The position numbers and the translations under genes are program-made. The notes under the pieces were generated by a model that made no database searches, had not been told where the DNA came from, and worked only from the letters and a program-made list of their open reading frames with translations. A stretch of 64,000 nt of DNA, from the sequence record NC_019411.1; one strand, 5' to 3'. Positions 47,334-51,865 of this stretch are shown here, piece after piece. Position 1 is the first letter of the stretch; each line of letters begins with the position of its first letter.

Positions 47334-47396
47334 ATGACGCACCTCCTGACCCGTTACGAACGCGAGGCCACCGGCCTCGATACCACCACCGCCTAA
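47334..47396 (+). CDS. Putative leader peptide MTHLLTRYEREATGLDTTTA
   Basis: ATG near the predicted +1; stop lies inside a hairpin followed by TTTT (47373-47423). Confidence 0.5.
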   Translation: MTHLLTRYEREATGLDTTTA

Positions 47397-47430
47397 AAGC
47401 GGTTCTGGTAACCGAGGCCTTTTGTCATGT

Positions 47431-47508
47431 GGCCCGGTCGTCTAGCGGTTTGCAGGATTCGTGACTTTCAATCACGAGAGCGGAGTTCGAGTCTCCGTCG
47501 GGCCTCCA
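47431..47508 (+). tRNA. trnE: tRNA-Glu (TTC)
   Basis: Loop CTTTCAA, CCA end. Confidence 0.9.
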
Positions 47509-47531
47509 CCCCCAAAGCCTCCTCTGAGCTT

Positions 47532-47606
47532 GGTGCGTTCGTATATCGGTCAATACTCCGGATTGTCGATCCGGCAAGAGGGGTTCGATTCCCCTACGCA
47601 CCGCCA
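47532..47606 (+). tRNA. trnD: tRNA-Asp (GTC)
   Basis: Loop TTGTCGA, CCA end. Confidence 0.9.
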
Positions 47607-47617
47607 GGGCTTTCCCA

Positions 47618-47776
47618 ATGCCGCTTCAGTCGGGTTCGAGCGACGCCGTCGTCTCGCACAACATCGCCAAGCTGATCGACGAGGGCTACTCCAGGGAGCA
47701 GGCCGTGGCGATCGCTCTCTCCCAGGCGCGCAAGCCGCGCCGTCCGAAGGTCTCGCGCGGCTCGCGCCGGCGCTGA
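47618..47776 (+). CDS. Small basic phage protein (MPL..GSS..VVS.NI..LI.EGY...[10 protein letters not shown] type)
   Basis: Hand-translated 52 aa; recognisable small phage family. Confidence 0.7.
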   Translation: MPLQSGSSDAVVSHNIAKLIDEGYSREQAVAIALSQARKPRRPKVSRGSRRR

Positions 47777-47846
47777 CCTCGCCTCGCTAAAGCACCCCAG
47801 GTTCCCGGCCTCGTCGTGAGGCCGCCTGCGGTCGCGCGAGGCTTCC

Positions 47847-48071
47847 ATGACCTTTCTTGATCTTCGTTCGCAGTCGAGCACCGCGCTCCTGCGCCATGTG
47901 TCTTCCCGATCCCCGATGGCGGAAGCGGCTCGCACCGAGTTGCTGACCCGAGGCCTCGTCCCGCTCCTCACGCGGCACAACGGCTGGCGCCTCGCCCCGA
48001 GCGAGCCCTTTCCGCAGCATCTCATCCCGCGCCCCGATCCGCTCGCGAGGTTCACGTGGCGGGCGGGATGA
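47847..48071 (+). CDS. Hypothetical protein
   Basis: GAGG SD, 74 aa. Confidence 0.5.
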   Translation: MTFLDLRSQSSTALLRHVSSRSPMAEAARTELLTRGLVPLLTRHNGWRLAPSEPFPQHLIPRPDPLARFTWRAG

Positions 48072-48091
48072 AGATTTTTCTCACGCCGTGC

Positions 48092-48120
48092 TTGACATCC
48101 GTCTGAAGTTGTGAGAGCCT
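48092..48120 (+). promoter_or_regulatory. Sigma70-type promoter of the P/T/K/L/H/A/S tRNA operon
   Basis: TTGACA-N17-GAGCCT. Confidence 0.65.
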
Positions 48121-48214
48121 GTCCAACGTCACGGATCACGACACTCCTCGGAGTGCAAAAGCGCGATCCTTCGTTATTCCCTGGACGCCAGCGGGCGTCC
48201 GTTCGAGAGCCATC

Positions 48215-48352
48215 ATGTTCGCCTTGTCGCATAACAGCCTGAGCACGAAAGCCGCCTCCCCGGCGTCGCTTTCGCTTGCCCTGCTGGCGACGGCCACGAA
48301 GCCCTCGACCAAGCCGACCACCTCGGCCTCGCACTCGACGGATCACCTCTAA
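48215..48352 (+). CDS. Attenuator leader peptide MFALSHNSLSTKAASPASLSLALLATATKPSTKPTTSASHSTDHL
   Basis: 41 of 45 residues are P, T, K, L, H, A or S, the amino acids of the 14 downstream tRNAs. Confidence 0.8.
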   Translation: MFALSHNSLSTKAASPASLSLALLATATKPSTKPTTSASHSTDHL

Positions 48353-48417
48353 GGTATCTCGTCTCGGGTGCAGGCCTTGGAGCCGCACCCGCTACCAACA
48401 TCCTGTTGACCTAGCGC

Positions 48418-48454
48418 AAGGCGGCTCCCAGCAAGGAGACCGCCTTTTCTTTTT
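48418..48454 (+). terminator. Attenuator terminator ahead of tRNA-Pro
   Basis: AAGGCGG-CTCC / GGAG-A-CCGCCTT followed by TTCTTTTT. Confidence 0.85.
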
Positions 48455-48466
48455 CGCGTTGATCAT

Positions 48467-48542
48467 CGGGGTGTAGCTCAGTCGGTAGAGCGCTCGGTTC
48501 GGGACCGAGAGGCCGTGGGTTCGAGTCCCGCCACCCAGACCA
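48467..48542 (+). tRNA. trnP: tRNA-Pro (CGG)
   Basis: Loop TTCGGGA; G2-A71 mismatch; CCA end. Confidence 0.85.
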
Positions 48543-48549
48543 ACGCCAT

Positions 48550-48624
48550 CGGGATGTAGCTCAGCGGTAGAGCGCGCGGCTGGGGGCCGCGAGGCCGCAG
48601 GTTCGAGACCTGCCACCCCGACCA
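48550..48624 (+). tRNA. trnP: tRNA-Pro (GGG)
   Basis: Loop CTGGGGG; CCA end. Confidence 0.85.
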
Positions 48625-48629
48625 ACAAT

Positions 48630-48702
48630 GCTGCTGCGCCTGGATCGGCGCCGGCCCCTTGGTATGGGGAAGTAGAAGGTTCAATTCCTTCCGGCAGCAC
48701 CA
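48630..48702 (+). tRNA. Atypical tRNA-Thr (GGT)
   Basis: GCTGCTG/CGGCAGC acceptor with G1-C72 and C2-G71; CCCC-TTGGTAT-GGGG arm; compact D region; ACC codons in the leader. Confidence 0.6.
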
Positions 48703-48707
48703 ACAAC

Positions 48708-48777
48708 GCCGATGCCTCTAGGAGGACACGTCTTTCGTAATGACGTCAGGTGGGTGCGATCCCCACTTTCGGCTCCA
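48708..48777 (+). tRNA. Atypical tRNA-Thr (CGT)
   Basis: 70 nt; loop TTCGTAA; T-loop TGCGATC; very short D arm; ACG codons in the leader. Confidence 0.55.
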
Positions 48778-48812
48778 TCAAGATGATCAAGGAGAGATCA
48801 GACGAAACAAAT

Positions 48813-48899
48813 GGATGTGTCACCTCAGTGGCGAGAGGACCGGGCTCTTAATCCGGCAGCGAAAGCTCATCGTGGGTTCGAGTCCCACCACATCCTCCA
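48813..48899 (+). tRNA. trnK: tRNA-Lys (CTT) with long variable arm
   Basis: Loop CTCTTAA; variable arm AGC-GAAA-GCT; 87 nt. Confidence 0.85.
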
Positions 48900-48906
48900 A
48901 CAATAT

Positions 48907-48996
48907 GCACGAGTGACCCGAGCGGCGAAGGGCGTCGACTTTTAATCGACTGGGCGTCCAGCCTCACCGAGGGTTCGAGTCCCTCCTCGTGCTCCA
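48907..48996 (+). tRNA. trnK: tRNA-Lys (TTT) with long variable arm
   Basis: Loop CTTTTAA; variable arm GGGC-GTCCA-GCCT; 90 nt. Confidence 0.85.
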
Positions 48997-49002
48997 AGAT
49001 GT

Positions 49003-49088
49003 GCGAAAGTGGCGGAACAAGGTAGACGCACCGGTCTCAGGTACCGGCGGCTTCGGTCATGAGGGTTCGAGTCCCTCCTTTCGTACCA
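49003..49088 (+). tRNA. trnL: tRNA-Leu (CAG)
   Basis: Class II fold, loop CTCAGGT. Confidence 0.9.
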
Positions 49089-49095
49089 ACGACAT

Positions 49096-49180
49096 GCCGG
49101 TCTGGCGGAAATGGCAGACGCAGTGGCTTCAAGTCCCACCGCCTTCGGGCGTCCCGGTTCGATGCCGGGGACCGGCACCA
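49096..49180 (+). tRNA. trnL: tRNA-Leu (CAA)
   Basis: Class II fold, loop TTCAAGT. Confidence 0.9.
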
Positions 49181-49186
49181 CCATGA

Positions 49187-49274
49187 TGCGAAGTGGCGGA
49201 ATTTGGTAGACGCACCGGCATGAGAGGCCGGCGCCCTTCGGGGCGTGAGGGTTCGAGTCCCTTCTTCGCGACCA
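49187..49274 (+). tRNA. trnL: tRNA-Leu (GAG)
   Basis: Class II fold, loop ATGAGAG. Confidence 0.85.
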
Positions 49275-49287
49275 AAGACGAGATTAT

Positions 49288-49359
49288 GCCGGCCGGCGCA
49301 GGCGCGCGGGGGAGGTTGTGTCCCTCCTTGGCTCAGTTCGATACTGAGGGTCGGTTCCA
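49288..49359 (+). tRNA. Atypical tRNA-His (GTG)
   Basis: GCCGGCC/GGTCGGT acceptor; GGAGG-TTGTGTC-CCTCC arm; CTCAG-TTCGATA-CTGAG T-arm; poor D arm; CAT/CAC codons in the leader. Confidence 0.55.
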
Positions 49360-49364
49360 GTTAC

Positions 49365-49435
49365 GGGGTATGCGCAGGGCGCAGGCATCCTTTGCAAGGA
49401 AGTCGGGGTGGGTTCGAGTCCCACATACTCCACCA
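49365..49435 (+). tRNA. Atypical tRNA-Ala (TGC)
   Basis: G3-U70 and A73 Ala identity elements; loop TTTGCAA; short D arm. Confidence 0.65.
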
Positions 49436-49439
49436 ACAC

Positions 49440-49527
49440 GGTAGGTTGGCTGAGAGGCCGAAGGCGCCCGTTTCGAAAACGGGAGAACCGCAAGGTTCCG
49501 TGGGTTCGAATCCCACACCTACCTCCA
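49440..49527 (+). tRNA. trnS: tRNA-Ser (CGA)
   Basis: Class II fold, loop TTCGAAA. Confidence 0.9.
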
Positions 49528-49531
49528 ACAT

Positions 49532-49619
49532 GGATGTATGGCTGAGAGGCCGAAGGCGCCCGCTTGGAAAGCGGGTGAACCGCAAGGTTCCGTAGGTTCG
49601 AATCCTACTGCATCCGCCA
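49532..49619 (+). tRNA. trnS: tRNA-Ser (GGA)
   Basis: Class II fold, loop TTGGAAA. Confidence 0.9.
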
Positions 49620-49623
49620 ACAT

Positions 49624-49710
49624 GGTAGGTGGTTCCGGCCTGGGGCCGGACCCGGTTGCTAACCGGCCGGAGCCGCAAGGCTTGGGGTTCGATTCCTCCT
49701 CCTACCGCCA
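49624..49710 (+). tRNA. trnS: tRNA-Ser (GCT), probable 8/4 fold with extended D stem
   Basis: Loop TTGCTAA; GGTAGGTG/CTCCTACC acceptor; GGGG/CCTC T stem; TCCGGC/GCCGGA D stem. Confidence 0.8.
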
Positions 49711-49750
49711 ACATCTCCCAGGCCTATAGCCTGGGAGGGTTTGGACATAA

Positions 49751-50239
49751 TCAGGCGTGGTTCGGAAACTCGGCGATCTCAATCCCAGGCGAGGCGCTGA
49801 CGACCAACCAGTAAGCTCCGGTCCAGCGCAAGACAACCGCAGGCGGATAGGCCGGGGCCAAGGGGGTGAGCACGGATGCCGGATCGGCGACGATAGAATC
49901 GGGCAACGGAACGATCAAGGCTGGACCGGTTTTCGCCGCCGCAGGATCACCATAACCGGAAGCGAAGACGGGGGTCTGAACGCCAGCGTCAGCCAATATG
50001 CCGAGGATAATAGGCATAGCTAAGGGCGCACTCTGCGGAGCATGTGTCCCACGAGAGAATGTGATGAAAAGTTCGTCTCCTACTTCCTTCGCGGCAGTAA
50101 GGAATCCATATCTTGCGGCATAGTCGGCTGCTCCGAATTCAGGAGAGACTTGGCTTACGAGATGGACGCGCTGCTCTCCGTTCGGGTTGACGATTTGAAT
50201 CGAAGCCTCAATACCTCGGTTCATCGTGATTGCGGTCAT
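49751..50239 (-). CDS. Hypothetical protein inserted antisense in the tRNA array
   Basis: 162 aa; GGAG SD; lower GC3 than its neighbours. Confidence 0.65.
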   Translation of the reverse strand: MTAITMNRGIEASIQIVNPNGEQRVHLVSQVSPEFGAADYAARYGFLTAAKEVGDELFITFSRGTHAPQSAPLAMPIILGILADAGVQTPVFASGYGDPAAAKTGPALIVPLPDSIVADPASVLTPLAPAYPPAVVLRWTGAYWLVVSASPGIEIAEFPNHA

Positions 50240-50313
50240 AAGTATCTCCAGCGGCTGGATGCCGCAGTGCGATACCTAAAGTCGAGTTTTCGACGTGTCC
50301 AGCCCCTTTGAAG

Positions 50314-50560
50314 TTGACACCCGCGACGCGGCCTGTCATACGTCACGACAGAGCGAACACCCCCCGGCCGGGTTTGTTGTCATACCGGGTCGTCACGCCC
50401 CGTCGGGGCTCTAGTAGCTCTTCGTGTGGAGTTTTCCGCCTCCCTCCCAGACAAGGAGGCGGACCCAACCAACATCGCGATCTCCCGTGATCGTCGGCGA
50501 CGGGCGCCGTCAGAGACCTTTGCCTGCGCGGCTCCGCTGCGGCCCTGGTCTCGTCCCGAC
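50314..50560 (+). ncRNA. Candidate structured ncRNA unit
   Basis: TTGACA promoter at 50314, several hairpins, no ATG ORF, CCA-like ends at 50471 and 50560. Confidence 0.35.
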
Positions 50561-50581
50561 CAAATTTTTTCGTCGTGGTGC

Positions 50582-50610
50582 TTGACACTGCGAAACTGTT
50601 CTGCTAGGGT
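50582..50610 (+). promoter_or_regulatory. Sigma70-type promoter of the Y/F/V/I/Q/N/R tRNA operon (leaderless mRNA)
   Basis: TTGACA-N17-TAGGGT (GCTAGGGT); leader ATG at the predicted +1 (50618). Confidence 0.7.
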
Positions 50611-50617
50611 TCACGTC

Positions 50618-50716
50618 ATGAGCAAGACCTATCGTCAATTTGTGCGCCAGATTCAGGTCGTCCGGAATATCCGGGCGGGCCGCTCGCGCATGGCTGACGA
50701 AGGGTTCAGGGACTAG
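50618..50716 (+). CDS. Attenuator leader peptide MSKTYRQFVRQIQVVRNIRAGRSRMADEGFRD
   Basis: Codons 5-19 are exclusively Y, R, Q, F, V, I, N, the amino acids of the 12 downstream tRNAs. Confidence 0.8.
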   Translation: MSKTYRQFVRQIQVVRNIRAGRSRMADEGFRD

Positions 50717-50746
50717 GTCCCACACCACGCTCAACCAGCTTTCGAG

Positions 50747-50783
50747 AGGCCCGCCTGGAAACCCCAGGCGGGCCTTTTCTTTT
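50747..50783 (+). terminator. Attenuator terminator ahead of tRNA-Tyr
   Basis: AGGCCCGCCTGG/CCAGGCGGGCCT followed by TTTCTTTT. Confidence 0.9.
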
Positions 50784-50816
50784 CCACTTTCGATCACGGA
50801 GATCACCAACAGACAC

Positions 50817-50901
50817 GGATGCTTAAAGCTGGAGGGCTCCAGCCGGGGACTGTAAATCCCCTCTCTTCGGAGGAGTGGTTCGATCCCACAAGCATCCACC
50901 A
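50817..50901 (+). tRNA. trnY: tRNA-Tyr (GTA), probable 8/4 fold with 6-bp D stem
   Basis: GGATGCTT/AAGCATCC acceptor; GTGG/CCAC T stem; GCTGGA/TCCAGC D stem; loop CTGTAAA. Confidence 0.8.
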
Positions 50902-50906
50902 ACCAC

Positions 50907-50982
50907 GGACTCGTAGCTCAGCAGGTAGAGCGCCGGCTTGAAACCCCGGAGGTCGGAGGTTCGATTCCTCCCGTTTCCACCA
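50907..50982 (+). tRNA. trnF: tRNA-Phe (GAA)
   Basis: Loop TTGAAAC; two acceptor mismatches. Confidence 0.85.
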
Positions 50983-50987
50983 ACAAC

Positions 50988-51063
50988 GCCCGATGAGCCA
51001 GATGGGAAGGCGCCGCCGTGACATGGCGGGATTGAGAAGGTTCGATTCCTTCATCAGGCACCA
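50988..51063 (+). tRNA. trnV: tRNA-Val (GAC)
   Basis: Loop GTGACAT. Confidence 0.85.
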
Positions 51064-51065
51064 AT

Positions 51066-51141
51066 GCAAGTGTAGCTCAGTCGGTAGAGCAGCGGACCGA
51101 TAATCCGCCTGTCCCTGGTTCGAGTCCAGGCATTTGCACCA
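51066..51141 (+). tRNA. trnI: tRNA-Ile (GAT), C33 variant
   Basis: Loop CCGATAA. Confidence 0.85.
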
Positions 51142-51148
51142 ATTCTGA

Positions 51149-51223
51149 TGTGGCATAGCTCAGGGGTAGAGCGCGCGCTTGATAAGCGTGAGGTCGGGGG
51201 TTCGAAGCCCTCTGCCACTACCA
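51149..51223 (+). tRNA. trnI: tRNA-Ile (GAT)
   Basis: Loop TTGATAA; U1-U72 mismatch. Confidence 0.85.
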
Positions 51224-51256
51224 GTTTCCAGGCCGGCGGAGATGCGCCGAACCTGA

Positions 51257-51332
51257 TGGCGTTTAGCATAGTGGGAGTGCAGGGGTGTCACATACCTCGA
51301 TCGAACTGGTTCGATTCCAGTAACGCCAACCA
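51257..51332 (+). tRNA. trnV: tRNA-Val (CAC)
   Basis: Loop GTCACAT. Confidence 0.85.
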
Positions 51333-51337
51333 AATGT

Positions 51338-51411
51338 TGAGGGTTCGTCTAACGGTAGGACGGCTGGGTCTGGTCCAGCTAATCTAGGTTCGAGTCCTAG
51401 CCCCTCATCCA
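51338..51411 (+). tRNA. trnQ: tRNA-Gln (CTG)
   Basis: Loop GTCTGGT. Confidence 0.85.
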
Positions 51412-51418
51412 AGTTTGT

Positions 51419-51492
51419 TCTCGGGTGGTCTAATGGTAAGACATCTGGTTTTGGTCCAGAGGATTGGGGTTCGATTCCTTGGCCGAGAACCA
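51419..51492 (+). tRNA. trnQ: tRNA-Gln (TTG)
   Basis: Loop TTTTGGT. Confidence 0.85.
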
Positions 51493-51507
51493 ACTACTTG
51501 AGTTTAT

Positions 51508-51582
51508 TCCAGTCAATGCACAAGGTGTGCAGCGGCACTGTTAATGCCTGTGAGCCCGGTTCGATTCCGGGGTCTGGAGCCA
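51508..51582 (+). tRNA. trnN: tRNA-Asn (GTT)
   Basis: Loop CTGTTAA. Confidence 0.85.
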
Positions 51583-51608
51583 ACACGCCGGCCTCGGCCG
51601 GCACATGC

Positions 51609-51691
51609 GCCCTGGTAACCGAGGGGGATTACGAATCCCTTAGTCGTAGCAGGAGTTGAAAAGGGTGGTTCGAATCCACTCCAGGGTGCCA
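51609..51691 (+). tRNA. D-armless tRNA-like RNA, anticodon ACG (Arg)
   Basis: GCCCTGG/CCAGGGT acceptor; GGGA-TTACGAA-TCCC arm; about 24-nt extra region; canonical T-arm; CCA end. Confidence 0.5.
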
Positions 51692-51698
51692 AATTCAT

Positions 51699-51781
51699 AG
51701 CGCGCAGGCCGAGCAGGATCATCGTCAGGCGTCGCCCTCCGAAGGCGAAGAGGCCCGGTTCGAGTCCGGGGCGCGCTGCCA
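51699..51781 (+). tRNA. trnR: tRNA-Arg (CCG) with enlarged D loop
   Basis: Loop CTCCGAA; 17-nt D loop. Confidence 0.8.
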
Positions 51782-51784
51782 TCC

Positions 51785-51862
51785 GCGCGGGTAGCTCAAT
51801 GGACCCAGAGCAGCCGTCTTCTACACGGTGGGTTGGGGGTTCGAGTCCCTCCCCGCGCGCCA
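51785..51862 (+). tRNA. trnR: tRNA-Arg (TCT)
   Basis: Loop CTTCTAC. Confidence 0.9.
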
Positions 51863-51865
51863 AAC

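Noticed and set aside
48190-48397. tmRNA or CCA-ended minihelix around leader A
   Set aside because: No G3-U70 acceptor, no T-loop and no tag ending in AA; the CGGGTGC/GCACCCG hairpin is better explained as the B:C helix of the attenuator.
48630-48702. Reading this gene as tRNA-Pro (TGG)
   Set aside because: That register gives a poorly paired stem and U37; the CCCC/GGGG stem centres GGT, the acceptor has Thr identity pairs, and leader A has ACC but no CCA codon.
47039-51862. Suppressor tRNAs or a recoded genetic code
   Set aside because: No CTA, TTA or TCA anticodons were found, and TAA, TAG and TGA all act as normal stops in coupled genes.
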